From Octopus sinensis (lineage: Eukaryota), in the NCBI RefSeq assembly GCF_006345805.1, contig NC_042998.1:43648001-43712000 (forward strand): a stretch of 64,000 nucleotides of DNA, in the 5' to 3' direction. Of the stretch, positions 1 through 14,200 are shown one piece after another. A model generated the notes under the pieces. It did not search any database. It was not told where the DNA came from and saw nothing but the letters and a program-made list of their open reading frames with translations. The number at the start of each line of letters is the position of its first letter. Within the stretch, counting starts at the first letter, position 1. The position numbers and the translations under genes are program-made.

Positions 1-116
1 AGAGAGAGAGAGAGAGAGAGAAAGAAAGAAAGAAAAGAAGTACCTGGGTTGACTAGAATTCTTCAAGGAAGCACCCTAGTATGACCGCAGTCTAATGACT
101 GAAACAAGTATTACCA

Positions 117-150
<34 letters not shown>

Positions 151-419
151 TAACAACAACAACAGTAAAAGCATTGAAACAAGTCTTTAAATTAGCTTGA
201 TTAGTGTTTTGCAAATTCCGTGCTACCCATTCTACCGAACGAAAACAATATTTGCCGTAGGTAAGATTTGAACCTACAAGGCCAGAGTTGTATGCTTTAA
301 CGATGATGATAATGGCGTGTTAACGTATACACACATGGCGTTCTTGTTTACTTTCGCTCTCCAAGACAAGTTTCATTGTATTACCATCATACACGCAAAG
401 CACACCCACACACATCACA

Positions 420-605
420 TATACCTACCTACCTACCTACCTACCTACCTACCTACCTACCTACATACATACATACATACCTACCTACCTACATACATAC
501 ATATATACCTACCTATATACATACATAAATACATACGTACATACATGCATAAATACACACATGCATACATATATATATATAAGTATATATATACACAAAT
601 ATCTA

Positions 606-679
<74 letters not shown>

Positions 680-718
680 AATATCTATATATATATATAT
701 GAGTATATATATATATGA

Positions 719-768
<50 letters not shown>

Positions 769-909
769 TCTCGCATGTATTGATACACATACATATAAAT
801 ATAGATATATATACACATAATCATATATATATATATATACATATACGCTCTCGCATGTATTCATACACATACATATAAATATAGACATATAATTATATAT
901 ATAAATGAT

Positions 910-947
<38 letters not shown>

Positions 948-960
948 ATATATGTGTGTG
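420..960. repeat. Compound (TACC)n/(TACA)n/(TATC)n/(TA)n microsatellite
   Basis: Read directly from the sequence. Confidence 0.95.
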
Positions 961-1495
961 TAAATATGTATATACATCCATACAAATGCACATAGACAGG
1001 CATCCAGACACACTCGTTTGTTCATATACACATGGTGTGTTGTTGCATGCAGATATATTAGACAGGAGAACACAGACTAACAATGAAACACAACATGCAA
1101 TAACACAAGCAACATACACAGAAATAATCAAATACACACACATACACATTCACAAATTCGCAACATACGCGCACGCACACGCTTATAAAGTCTGCACATT
1201 TTTGCCCTTAAGACATTCTGTTTTTCCTTTATCATTCACTTCTAACGCGCACACACACACATACACACACACACACATGCAAGCTTGTACACATAATACT
1301 CACTCATCACACAAGCAACACGAACACACCGAGACACTCACACGAACGAGCGCATAGCAAAGCAAGTGTGCTTAAAAATCTATGATAACCTGTTACATCG
1401 TATATCGTACAAAATACACTCAGATACAATAATTTTGGTTGGGTTACAGGTTATTATTATTATTACTACTGTCTCTCTATGTTGTTCGTTATTGT

Positions 1496-1526
1496 TGTCT
1501 GCCTGCCTGCCTGCCTGCCTGCCTGT

Positions 1527-1560
<34 letters not shown>

Positions 1561-1735
1561 TCATGCTTTCCTTACCCCTCTCTCTCTCTCTCTACCTGTC
1601 TGCCTGCGTGTCTGTCCCTCTCTGCCTGTCTCTGTCTGCCTGTCTGCCTGTCTCCATCTGTCTGCCTGCCTGCCTGCCTGCCTGTCTCTCTCTGCCTGTC
1701 TGCCTCTCCTAGTCTGCCTGTCTCTGTCTGCCTCC
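1496..1735. repeat. (CTGC)n/(CTGT)n/(CT)n compound tract
   Basis: Read directly from the sequence. Confidence 0.95.
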
Positions 1736-1794
1736 CCAACCCTTTCTCTCACATAAACAGATATGCTCGCACTCATAAAGCGTAGATGTATGTT

Positions 1795-2380
1795 CACGCG
1801 CGCACGCGCGCGCGCGCGAGCATGCGCATGTATTTATTTACATATACTAAGCACGGTTGATAGTTACAATTCTTCAAACGCGCGTGCGCGCACGCGCCCG
1901 CGCACGCGCCCGCGCACGCACACGAACACACAGACAAATGTATGCGCGCATATACTCATACACACAAGCGCATGTGCACATACACAACTGCACACAGACA
2001 AATGTGTGTGCACACACATAGGCATACAAACACGACTAGCACATATACAAATACATCCACCCCCCACACACACAGACACACACACATACTAACATATGCA
2101 TTTTCAATGCCACCATCATCTTCATAAATACGCACACACAGACAAAGCACGCGCGCGCACACATACACAGGCACGAGTACACATACGCACACACAGACAA
2201 GGTACGCGTGCACATACATACACACGAGTACACATGTACACACACACACACACACAGACAGAACCACTCTCTCACACACTGATACAGCACGCACATACAC
2301 ACACACAAACATGCACAGACAAAGCACGCACACACATACGCACGAGTACACACACATACACACAAACACACACACACAAA
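1795..2380. repeat. Alternating purine-pyrimidine (CG)/(CA) degenerate tract
   Basis: Near-pure CG runs at 1796-1830 and 1878-1922, followed by CA-rich sequence. Confidence 0.9.
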
Positions 2381-2689
2381 TCATTTGTTAGCGTCTTAAT
2401 AAAAGAAGGAAACATCGTACAATTTATTGGGATTGTCGCGGTAGGAGCGCCTTTTTATCACAAAGGGCTGATTCAAGAGCTAATCAATGAATAACACTGT
2501 CACAACACCTTAGGAAGCAAAACCATTACTAGGATACACGGATACACGCATTCCTTATCTGCCACTGTGGTACCCCAGTGTTAACTCGCGGACCCAACGA
2601 CATCGCAACATTGCAAAAAAAAAACAAACAAACAAAAAACAAAAAAAACACTGCATTCATAATTACATACTACTACGCACACCACGACT

Positions 2690-2960
2690 ACCACCACTAA
2701 GCCAAACCACCACCGCCGACTCTACCTACCATCACCGCCGCCGCCACCAACTGTAACACCACAACTATCATTACAAACCACTAAATCTAGCATGCATTAG
2801 AACCAACAGCACCAGCAACTATACCAACACTACTACAGCCACCTAACGCACATAAAGATCAGCATTCACCGCCGCCACCCCAAACCCCTCCACCACAACC
2901 ACCACCACCACCACCACCATCACCGCAATCATCATCATCGTCATCATCATCATCATCAGG
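2690..2960. repeat. Degenerate (ACC)n/(ATC)n trinucleotide region
   Basis: Read directly from the sequence. Confidence 0.8.
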
Positions 2961-4105
2961 AAAATCGTAAGTTTAATATGGATAAGCCCATCTGTTTACC
3001 GTGATAAGGTAATGCAATCAGCTAACAATCACTGTAAACAAATGTTGACAGAAATGTAAATAGAAACAGAACGGAAATGAAGTTTTCCGTCATTTTGATT
3101 TACTCAAAAGAAATTTCTTCTGCTCACCACACGTGAGAAGTAGGTGTAGGTATACGTGTACGTGTACGTGTAAATCGTGTGTTTTTGAGCAGCAACGGGG
3201 GGTACATGTGCACGAATTTATGTAGCGATGCGTATATATCTCTGTAAGTGTGGGATTGCCTCTGCGATACACACCACTTTGTACCATTTTCAAGATTTCG
3301 TTACAGACAGACACTAAATATATTTTCACAAATATTGATTAAATTTTCAGCCTGTTCTGTATTTATGTGATTGTAAAAAGTCATGTGCTTGCTGTTGGTG
3401 TTGTAGTTGTTGGTGTTATTGTGCTGTTTATCTAGTTTTTATTGTTGTTGGTGATGATGATGATGATGGTGATGGTGTTAGTGGTAGTGGTGGTGATGAT
3501 GATGGTGTTGCTTTTGTTAATGTTATTGTTGTTACCGTGACATTTTTTTTTAACTCTATGTTTTTCATTTTAAATGTATTTTTAGAAGTATATTCTCAAA
3601 TGGCTAACAATATACTTAAATTTTCAAATCTTCTTATCGGTGACTTGTGTATAAGAAATTTTTTTTTATATATATTTTGTTAACAGCACTTAACACAACG
3701 GGATTAAAATACAATTTTCTTTTGACAGTTTTAACACTTTTTCTGATTGCTACAGTAAGGAGCAACAGCACCTCTCCACTTTCCGTATATACATCCCACA
3801 AAAGTAATTCAATAAATGTTGAAACAACTTTCTCTCTGCCTCAGTTATGTCACCTGCAAAAGCAGAGCATACCATCCAATCCACAAAAGCCACCAGAAGC
3901 CAATATTTATCTATTTTGCGATCATTTAAGCTACAGTAAGTCATCAATGTTAACCGCAGACAGACTCCCTTCCTCGTAGGATACACAAGGCAAGAGAGCC
4001 TGCATGCAGTGGATCGATTGCCACAACCATCCGCCAACTATTTCCTAATATCATCAATTCCTTCCGTCTTGAGGAAGAATGATTACATGAATAATATAGT
4101 CCTAG

Positions 4106-4163
4106 ATACATTTGAATCAGAATAAAATACAATTGAAGTTGGAACATCATACTCGCCTACGAG
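4106..4163 (+). CDS. Candidate exon end upstream of a strong donor (..[10 protein letters not shown]|); 5' boundary uncertain
   Basis: Donor CGAG|gtgaga at 4163/4164; phase 1 is compatible with the 20189 exon. The region 3720-4163 is complex, non-repetitive sequence, but no single frame is open across it. Confidence 0.2.
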
Positions 4164-4209
4164 GTGAGAGCTACCATTCATGTATTTATGCCAATATGTA
4201 CATACGTAC

Positions 4210-4278
<69 letters not shown>

Positions 4279-4508
4279 TATATATAATATATATATATAT
4301 ATATACATATATACGTACCCTTGTTTTATTCTAATTTTACCCTATAAGATCAAGCATGTACCGACAATAGATATACACCTATGTATCACTCTATTACATA
4401 TACATGGTGGTTGTCTACTCCTTATGCATAGTGGTCAAACTCTACATATACATACATACATACATACATATATATATATACATATATACACACACATACA
4501 TATGCATG

Positions 4509-4542
<34 letters not shown>

Positions 4543-4620
4543 TGAACACACAAACATATATATGGCGGGGTATATGTGCGTGTATATGTATGTATGTGTG
4601 TTTGTGTTTGCATATATGCA
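4210..4620. repeat. (TA)n/(CA)n/(TACA)n compound microsatellite
   Basis: Read directly from the sequence. Confidence 0.95.
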
Positions 4621-7600
4621 GGTGTAAGTAGTGTGTGCTCGGTACAACTACATTACCAAAAGAAAACCCAATATATCTATAGAGTAGCAATACTATTGTA
4701 AACATTGGAAAATTCATTGCTTCAAAGTTGGAAGTAGTTTCATTTATGTATCAATTTTTACACTAGAAATTCAGCATTGATTTCTGATTTGATGCTATGA
4801 ACGAAGAATTAGTTATTAATTTCTCTCAATTGCTTCAATCCTTATGATGAACTTCAATGCGAAGAAGGTATTATAATAATAATAATAAAAAAAAAATGAA
4901 TGAAAAATAATTAAAATGTATGATTTATAGCGGTGAAATGTTCCAATAATATTCGCTACAACATTCAGAAAATCTTTCCATTTTTTTGAGGGTTTGGATA
5001 GGATTACATTCTTGTTTTTGATTTTTACTTTTGATTTCAAATCCGATGTAGGCACCAGTGCCGTTTGTCGTTTGCTTTCGGTCAGTAGTCAGTAAAAATA
5101 AGTACTATTGAAGCGGTGAAGTCGACCTCTTCGACTACAATCAGTTTAGTTTTCACTGAATTTCGACATCTCCGAAATTTGTGATATTGTATTATGCTGG
5201 AAACATCATAACAAAGATAAACCTTGAGAGAGTTGAACTTGGAACGTAAAGAGACGTATTTAAATGCTCAATCATTTTTGAATATTCTAATGCCATCCTT
5301 TAACACAGAGAGAGTAATAAATAAAAAGAAAACAAAAATAAAAACATAGAGCTCTTTCATTCAGTCAATGTTTATGATGAACTAAATATATAACAAAGTT
5401 TTACTTTATTCCCCCTTCCTGAATCACTTTTTACTCTAATTCTTTACAGTAGGAACATTTGTTTCAAGGCCTAATAGAAAGCGTTTTTTTAAAAATGTTT
5501 ACCTCTCTGTTATGTATTGCGTTATATTAATAAAATAGTTTCCACTATACCAGTCAACATCTATATTCATTTAATGGTCTATATCTGTTCAAGATCCACA
5601 GTAGTACCACTGATGCTAGTTTCTAGCATAGATTCAAAGTCACAAATTTCAGGGGGAAGTCGAATTTCAATATAGTTGAATAGATCGATATCCGTACTTG
5701 AGTGCGCCTTGTTTTAATGACCACTGAAAAAAATGAAGGTACTTATATCTTGGTCGGATATGAAATCAATCGTAAACATGCATAGCTGAGAACTGTATAT
5801 TATCGATTTCTTTCTCTTGGTACAATCCTATAGATTTATCGAAGACGGGTAGAGATTATTGAAGTAGTTTGCAGTGTATATCTGGTTTTCATTTTATTGA
5901 AATCTCAAAGAATGTAGGGCAAGGGTAAAACTGGTGGGACTTCAATTTAGAATGTAAAGAGATACAACTAACTACTAAACGTTTTCGAATGATCTAATGC
6001 TTCTATCACAATCGTTACGTTTATAAATAAGATTTTTGCTCTGTAATTTTAAGCAGTAGATACCTAATAATACATTTTTTCTACTTCTAAAGCCAATCGA
6101 AATTATTGCTAACCTCGTGGATAACCCACTTTCATTATCCAATCTTTTAAGCAAAAGGCAGGATGGTTACAACTGGATTACCTTTGATCATAGGTCTGTT
6201 GGCTGAAGGTTTATCAGGGTCTAGTTACAGTTCAAGTATCACACATGACTTTCCAACTCAAATAAAAAGGATATTTGAAGACTTTTATCAATGTTAATCA
6301 GTTGGCATTGCTTTTGTTAACGTCTATTGATTTAATATTGGTTCCGGCTGCTATTCAAACCGACTTGTATGTGTTTAGATCTCAGATATCACCGATATTT
6401 TATTAGTTCAACAAAATACCGGTCGTTGACAATACGTTTAACATTGAATATAACTTATTCAACTACTGAAATATTGCAACGATATATATTCTTTGTTTTT
6501 TTTTGTGTTGAACCTTATTTAAACCTTGTTTTCCTTATTTTATACGTTCAAATGTGTATCTTTATTTCTATATTCTGCTTTCCTCTCTACTTGCCTACCT
6601 TTCCTATCTCCCTACCCATCATCCTAATTACCTACTTATCTATCTACAAACGTTCCTACATACCAACATATATACTTACCTACCTACGTACCTACCTACC
6701 TAATATCTCCCTACCTACCTACCTTTATACATTTGTGGCGTTTTACTTGCACATACACAAGAATGTATGTACCTAGGAATGTATGTATGATGTATGTACT
6801 CACGTTTCTATGTTTGTTTGCGTATGTGTATGTGGATTTTTTTGTGTGTATTTATATCTAAATCTATTTGTCGATCTATAAATCTGTCTATTGCTATGTC
6901 TGTCCAATCATATATTTTGCAGCGATAAAACAAACAACACCGTCATTCATTCAATGTTTGCGATAAACTAAATGTTACAGGGTGTTACATTTAAACGGTA
7001 TAGTGATTGCTAGTATATTAACCTTGGTTAACATGTGTTTCTTGATGAAGTTGGACTTATATTTACCGCCCTTATTATTCAAGATATAACACGAAACCGA
7101 AAAAGCATGTAAACAAAGCAAACGTTCTAAATATTATTTTAAACTGTGTCGAACCAAATCAACAACGAAAACAAACGAGCACTGCAATGGCAGAATATTA
7201 TCTACTGTAATTTATCTCAGGCGGCTAGACAACTACTTTGTTTGGTATTTCACATGTCAAATTCCGTTTAGATCATATCAGACAGAATTTACTTTCGCAC
7301 CACATTAAAATATTAAGGCGGCAACTTCTAATCATAAACTTTTTCAGACGTTTTAATGCTTAGTTGTTGTACTAAAGGATTTGTAAACAGGATGAGTGAA
7401 AGCATCTCAGTGTACTGAATTAAATACTATTTTGCCACTAAGAGCTTACCATTGGACTGGGAAAAATAGCGGCCGATGGCGATATTAATATCGATCTGTA
7501 ACATAATCACAAGGCCTCACGTTTGGGGGAGGGTTGTGGACGATTATATCAGCTCTAATACTCGAGTAGTAGTGCACTTTATGTTATTGGCTAAGGAAGG

Positions 7601-7875
7601 ATGAAAAGCAAAGTTTACCTTGGTGGAATTTGAAATCAGCATTAAGGTCCGTAACCAAATACCACGTGTGATTTTCTCCCTCTGTTGATGCAATACATCA
7701 ACACAGCTTCTCTTTCTCTTTCTCTCTTTTTATCTCTGACCCCCACTCACATTCTTCCCTGATTTTTTTTTGCCTTGTCTCTATTGCATAATTTCAAAAT
7801 TTCACTCATTTTAAAAATCTCTTTCCACACGTAAATTAATATACATGAATACGCACGCATGCACTCGCACGCACG

Positions 7876-7949
<74 letters not shown>

Positions 7950-7994
7950 ATGCATGCACATATACGTATTCATGAAATTATATTTAAAAAAAAA

Positions 7995-8720
7995 TTTATG
8001 GTGACGCTATGGGTTCTCCCTTACGACCAATATTATCGGCCTTCTGTTTGGCCACAGTAGATAACAAAGTGATGCCAAGATATAAAATTTTCAATATGCA
8101 TTAGGTATGTTGACGATATACTCATCATAATCGACATGCTGGAAATGAAGAGAGATTAATGGGAGACATATGAAATAGTACTGTATCCCTAGAATAACAT
8201 AGCTCCTAACATTGAAACGGTTTCATTTGTAAGACATAGCGTTGAAATAGAAATCAATACATGCAGAAATCATTTTACATCAAATACATTAATTAATTCA
8301 TATATTTGCATGGAGACAGGGTATATCCCCACCCATTCGTAATGTCAGTGGTAAAACCCACAGAATATTTACTAGTCCAGGCGGCCACTCTAAAAGTCTA
8401 ACAGACGACGCCATAGAACAAGATAGGAAGAAATATACAACAAAGGCATCGGATACCCCACGTACTAGAAATGCGCAACACAAAGTGTATTATATGATTT
8501 AAAATATACTAAATATAAAATAGATGTACATATACAAAATCTCGCAAAATAATGTAATATTCATTACAGAGAACGGTAAATAAACACTAATAAAGTGTAA
8601 CAAAAATCGCTAAAATTAAAAACCTTTTTATCAACAACAAAATATAAGCACGTAAACCACGACCGTGGTCATAGAGACCGTTGTTATTTACAAGTTCCGT
8701 TACAAAGTGGAAGTTGTAAA
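7995..8720 (+). mobile_element. Degenerate Penelope-like element (PLE) reverse transcriptase fragment
   Basis: GDAMGSPLRPILSAF (~8000-8045, resembling PLE G.AMGSPLGP.LA), IRYVDDILII (YVDD at 8106-8117), ETVSFV and KGIGYP motifs follow in order, with stops and frameshifts. Confidence 0.8.
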
Positions 8721-10261
8721 CTTCAAGACTCTAACTGTTATATTAATAATACAATTACGACACTTTCCTAGAGAAAAATTGCCGTGCACTACTCTGCACA
8801 AAATAAGACTAGATAGTAATACATTAGTGGAGAATTCCTATATACAACACAGAATTCTCTTCAAAAACAGATGATTAATGAGGAGAAGTAGTGCAAATAT
8901 CAGAGCACAATGCTAACATAAGCATACACCTAACGTACTCTCAGCAGAGACATAAAATAAGAATCTAACTGATGTCAAATTTCAATAGTCAAAAAATTAA
9001 ATTTCGGTAATAGCTTGTATACCATTCATACTGGTCTAGTCTATCATAAAAAGAGAGCAAGGCAAGCCTTCATAACATCACCTAGAAGATAAGGTAAAAA
9101 AAAAAAGACCACACGCTAACATACATAGACATAATTTAAACATAAATATTATGCGTGTGTGTGTGATCTGTAAAGTTGCCGCGACGTGATCGAATGATGA
9201 AGTTTATTTTACACCACAAAGTACTATGTTTAATGCAAATTTCGACAGCTGTGCGAGTGTTATCATCTTTATGGCATCGGGTCCACCAAATATTTGTGAT
9301 GGACACGGAAATTGCAGAAGCCAGTCGAATAGTTTTTACTTATAATCTACAGCTCACACTGATGCTACCCTAAAGTTCACGTTAGGAGTAGGGAAAAAAA
9401 TAAAAGTTCATCGTCGTAAACGATGGAGATCCAGTTGCTCAGTTTTCCTCTACTAGTCTATAACACAATATTTTTTCCAGTAGGTATACAAGCAGTTAGT
9501 AATTTCAAGAACCATCGAGATAGTTTACAGTTAAATTTTAAACCACATTAACAATCATTATCTACCTATAATTGAAGCTATCAAATTTGTCCATTTACAC
9601 CTCTGTCTCATTACAAGTAAATAAATATCAACTCTCATAACAGCATAAATACACACACACACACACAAACACATACACACACACGTACGTAGATGTAAAC
9701 ACACTCATACGTTCTGTCAATACTTACACCTACAGTATATCATACCGATACACAACCAAACACAAAATAGATATCTAATTGTCACGTGACTTTAAAAACA
9801 CAGTCTCTGAAAACAATGGTTTGAAAGTCGCCAATTATTTGCCCTTGATTCGTACAAGCCAATATTTCAGCCTAATTTTAGGTTAAGGACAATTTCGACA
9901 TCTAATCTTCTAATCTTAGTGTATGTTTACAGCAGTAACCTTCGTATGTTCTTGCTTGTAACAAGCATTAAACATCTAAAATGAATTCCACGTAATTTCC
10001 ACTATAGATTCAATGCAACTAAACAATTGGAGATTCTTATTCTTGGAATATATTTTTCTAAAGCAAATATATGCAGTTCGGGACACATTGGGAAAACACA
10101 CACACGCATATCCAGCAGAAACATGTGTCGGATTGGAATTTAATAAGAATAATACTGAAATATGCAAAATTTGAAGCTTCACTCTTTTTCATGCTTCACT
10201 TATAATACTTTACTTTGTGATGTCTTGATTATCTATAAATGTATATATATATATATATATA

Positions 10262-10652
10262 TATATCATCATGGCTCGGCTTCGCCAACGGATATCAGGA
10301 AGGCTGTCAACGTCGCGTGCATGCACGCTTATGACTGACAAGTCCGATATGGGAAAGGCAGGTCCGTGAGCAGTGTCCACAGATGAAGGTAACATCCAGT
10401 GTGGTGTCAGAAGCGGCTCGCGCCTTCCTCCTGCATCTCTTGTCTTTGCGTCTCTTATTTGCTCCCCAAACTCGGTGGCTGCGTTGCAAATCGTGTGGCG
10501 CCAGACATCACGGTCTGCAGCCAAGTCTGACCAGCATTGGTGGTCAATATGACATGCTGTTAGATACTTCTTGAGGCAGTCTTTGTAGCGCTTCCTCGGA
10601 GCTCCTCTCACACGGTGGCCGGTGGAGAGTTCGCCAAACAGGGCATGTCTCC
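10262..10652 (-). mobile_element. 5'-truncated RTE-clade (BovB-like) LINE, 3' end
   Basis: HALFGELSTGHRVRGAPRKRYKDCLKK...WSDLAADRDVWR, then after one frameshift RRKARAAS...FICGHCSRTCLSHIGLVSHKRAC. Short 3' UTR ending ...gccatgatga; (TA)n on both sides. Confidence 0.9.
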
Positions 10653-12884
10653 AGAATGGATATATATATACATATTACACACACACACAAGTGTAGATGC
10701 ACAGAAGCTACGATACGATCATATATTCACAAGCTAAAAAGAAAACACTAAAGTATCTTAGAAAATTAGAATTTATATTGTTAACATTCTGTTGGGAGAA
10801 CTGTTCTCTCTTCCTTGGATAACGAAGAGAAGGAAAGGCCTAATGCTCTTAAACCCCAAAAGCATTGCCACGCTGATGAGCATCACTCCCGTCTGTCCCG
10901 AAAAAGGAGTTTTGAAACTCTTTACGCAATCATATGCGAACTTAAGAAACATACATTTCTCAGCACAAGTATAAACAAATTAAGCACGTGCCGTCAGTAA
11001 TTACTTAGGGTAGGCAGTTGATGACCTTTATGTAGTAAAATACACAAAAATAAGCGAAACACAGGCGCCCGACTGAATTGAAGGCAGATTTACTTCATCC
11101 TTTATAGCACGTAAAGAAAACGGTGTTGTAGAAATGTACGCAGCACGTGTACTACAAGATTATTATGCGTAGCTTAATTACTGAGATTGAAAAGCAGAGG
11201 CGAATTATGCATACCTAACCTAGAAAAAAAAATATTTTGCATAATTGTATGCATGATAATCAGAGTAACCTTCATAATTTTATTGAATTACGTGCATATT
11301 TTGCCATAAAAGCTAAATGTTGCTGTCGATCTATTTTATTCAAGGTAGGCACTGCCTACCTTGCTTAACTAGGAGGCACGACCCTGAAACAAATGTATAT
11401 CTGCACACGCTTAGACGAATCCATATACGAGCACACACACACACACACACGCACGCACGTACACGTACACACACACACAAACACGCATACACAAGGGAAG
11501 GAAATGAATACTCCATTGGATTTCTTGAAGATTGTTCCAGCTGTTCGGTTGATGAAACTAGCTACTCATGTGTTTTATAATATAAATTGTTGATATGCCA
11601 CTGATATTTGTATACTTAATGTAATAGTCAGGTAGAATAAGTTTGATACTGTGTGTAACGAGACTAGCCTTTTGAATTTTATGTACAGCTAGTTGGAAAG
11701 GCCTCCACATTTTCTGTCTACTCAATTTCACCAGCAAGACATGGTCGACCTTTACCGCAGACACTTGCCACGATATCATAACGTGAGATCGATTCCAGAA
11801 CGTCATAACTGCGAAGGATTTGTTTCATGGAGCGCCATTTTGCACACATGTGTGCGCTCACACACACGACAATCAGCTAGTATTTAGAATTTCCTGTTTA
11901 TTCCTGTATATCCAGATGGAAACAGTGAGGAGAGCTCTTATATATGCGTGTAAAGTCATCTAGGGATGAGTTCGTAGACTCTCCATTATTCTTAGTGTCT
12001 TTCATTATATGGCAACTGCTTTTTTTGGATTTTGTAAGGAATGAGTGATAGTGCCGCAAAGAGTGGTGTAGACATATGAATGGCTACGGCTTGGTAGGAG
12101 TAGAAAAATAGACTTATTAGCTTAAAAAATGTGTATCTACTTACAAACACTTAAAGCTTTCTCGTGAGTGTAAATCATCTTAAAGGTATTAACCCATTGC
12201 TTGTTCAACGTATTTAAGTTTGTCCTAAACGTCCATGTTTGTTTTCAGATTTTTATTTAATCTTTGTTTCATCTGTTCTAAATAATATAAGGCTTTCCTT
12301 TCCGAAGTTCCATGTTACTTTTGTTGTTGAAACAAATCGGTAACCTGAATTATATATGATGCATGCATGCCAGGGAAATGTGTCTTGTGTATCAAATGTA
12401 ATACAGAAGAGAGGCAAAGAGTTTATTGATGTTGTTGAAACCATGAGTTGACTATGTACAAGAATCTTTAATGTATAATAGTGATTCTTATTTAATTAAT
12501 TGTCGAGTTAAATTAAACACTTTGCACGAAATTGTGATGTATCACCTTTAGGTGTACATGGCCATTACTATTTCACTCCACTTTCAAACAATTACATTTT
12601 AAACTAGAAATTAACTGCATCACAAATTGAGTGAATAACATTTGAATTATAAGAAGTGTTTCAGACCAATGTTGTTATGAATTTTCTTTATTTTTTTATA
12701 TTCTTTTAATTTATTGGTTTAAGTTACTGAACACGTGAGATCAGTTAAAGTACATTGAACAATTATGTTCGAAATAAATCTCGAATAATGCAGCACATCT
12801 GTGTGGCTAAGGAGTTTTCCACGGAATCATCACGTTGTTCCTCAATTTTGTAGTCGCAGAGCAAAATTATACATATACTACCAG

Positions 12885-13265
12885 TATCGCCCGGCATTGC
12901 TCGGGTTTGTTTCGACCCTTTAGAATTGGAATTTTTGAAAAGTAAAAATTTTGCATTATGTAGCTTGTTATTCTCTTTAAGTGAACATTTTTCTGGTTGA
13001 AATACACCGCAAAATGGCGACATCGCAGTAAAAATGTCGTAAAAAATAGGGATTTTCAAAGAAAAAAAGCACCTTTTTGATGTAAATAATTTTTGGTCTT
13101 AACATGGTCTTAACATGGTCCCTTCTACGGAAGGAAGAGCAAGCCTTCTTCTATCATACTCTCAATTTTGGTCAACTTGCGCCGCAGGGTCTCGGATGAG
13201 ATAGTGTTAGTTGAAGGCTACCAAACCTGCTATATACAGACAACTTCAGCTTTATATATATAGGT
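12885..13265. mobile_element. Non-autonomous Helitron/Helentron-like element
   Basis: Terminus atactaccagtatcgcccggcattgctcggg (subterminal CCCGG..CGGG hairpin) and the other end cagacaacttcagctttatatatatag resemble invertebrate non-autonomous Helitron termini. No coding capacity. Confidence 0.5.
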
Positions 13266-13567
13266 ATATATATATATGTGTGTGTATGTGTGTACATGAA
13301 AATGTGCGAGCGCGCGTGTGTAAAGGTGTGTGGCCTAGTTATTAGGAAGTTGCACTCATCATTGCAACTTCATGGCTCTTCAAACTCTTCATTTCACATT
13401 GCTCTGCGATCACTTCAACATCTAAGGTGTGGCACACTATACACCTGTACAGGTGTATAGACGTCCAAACATTTGTTCCTCAACAGACAAATCACCTGTA
13501 CAGGTTCTTCAGCAAGAAATGCAGAACCCTCATCAACTGGTCTGCTACAAGGGAGTCCATCATCTTG

Positions 13568-13598
<31 letters not shown>

Positions 13599-13718
13599 GT
13601 ATGTATGTATGTAAGTATGCATGCATTTGCGTGCGTGCGTGCGTGCGTGCGTGTGTGTGTGTGCGTGTGTATGTAATGTATTTATATATGTACGTACGTA
13701 TGTATGCGTGCCTGCGAT

Positions 13719-14098
13719 GTGGAGGCGCAATGGCCCAGTGGTTAGGGCAGAGGATTCGCGGTCTTAGGATCGCGGTTTCGATTCCCAGACCGGGCGTTGT
13801 GAGTGTTTATTGAACGAAAACATGTAATGCGACACGAGGCTCCGACAGGGGGTGGTGGTGAACCCTGCTGTACTCTTTCACCACAACTTTCTCTCACTCT
13901 TTCTTCCTGTTTCTGTTGTACCTGCATTTCAAAGGGCCAGCCTTGTCGCACTCTGTGTCACACTGAATCTCCCCGAGAACTATGTTAAGGGTATACGTGT
14001 CTGTGGAGTGTTCAGCCACTGCACGATAATTTCACTAGCAGGCTGTTCCGTTGATCGGATCAACTGGAACCCTCGTCGTCGTAACCGACGGAGTGCCA
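13719..14098 (+). mobile_element. tRNA-derived SINE (family with ...cgtcgtcgtaaccgacggagtgcca tail)
   Basis: A-box tggcccagtggttagg and B-box ggtttcgattccc. The tail recurs at 25783-25864. Confidence 0.85.
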
Positions 14099-14200
14099 CT
14101 ACCACACGTATGTATGTATATATGTGAGTATGTGTGTGTGGTGTACCTATTCCCGCACATTGATCTATATGGGCAGGAAAAAAAAATACTTTGGTAATTA

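Noticed and set aside
2393-2494. GIVAVGAPFY resembling an integrin FG-GAP repeat
   Set aside because: Only the VGAP core matches; there is no DxNxDG or GxVY context and no splice donor.
9200-9345. ICDGHGNCRSQ as an EGF-like motif
   Set aside because: Too few cysteines, flanking stops, and no convincing splice sites.
10876-10905. CTGATGA...GAAA as a second hammerhead
   Set aside because: No stem II can form between the boxes, and there is no stem I or cleavage triplet.
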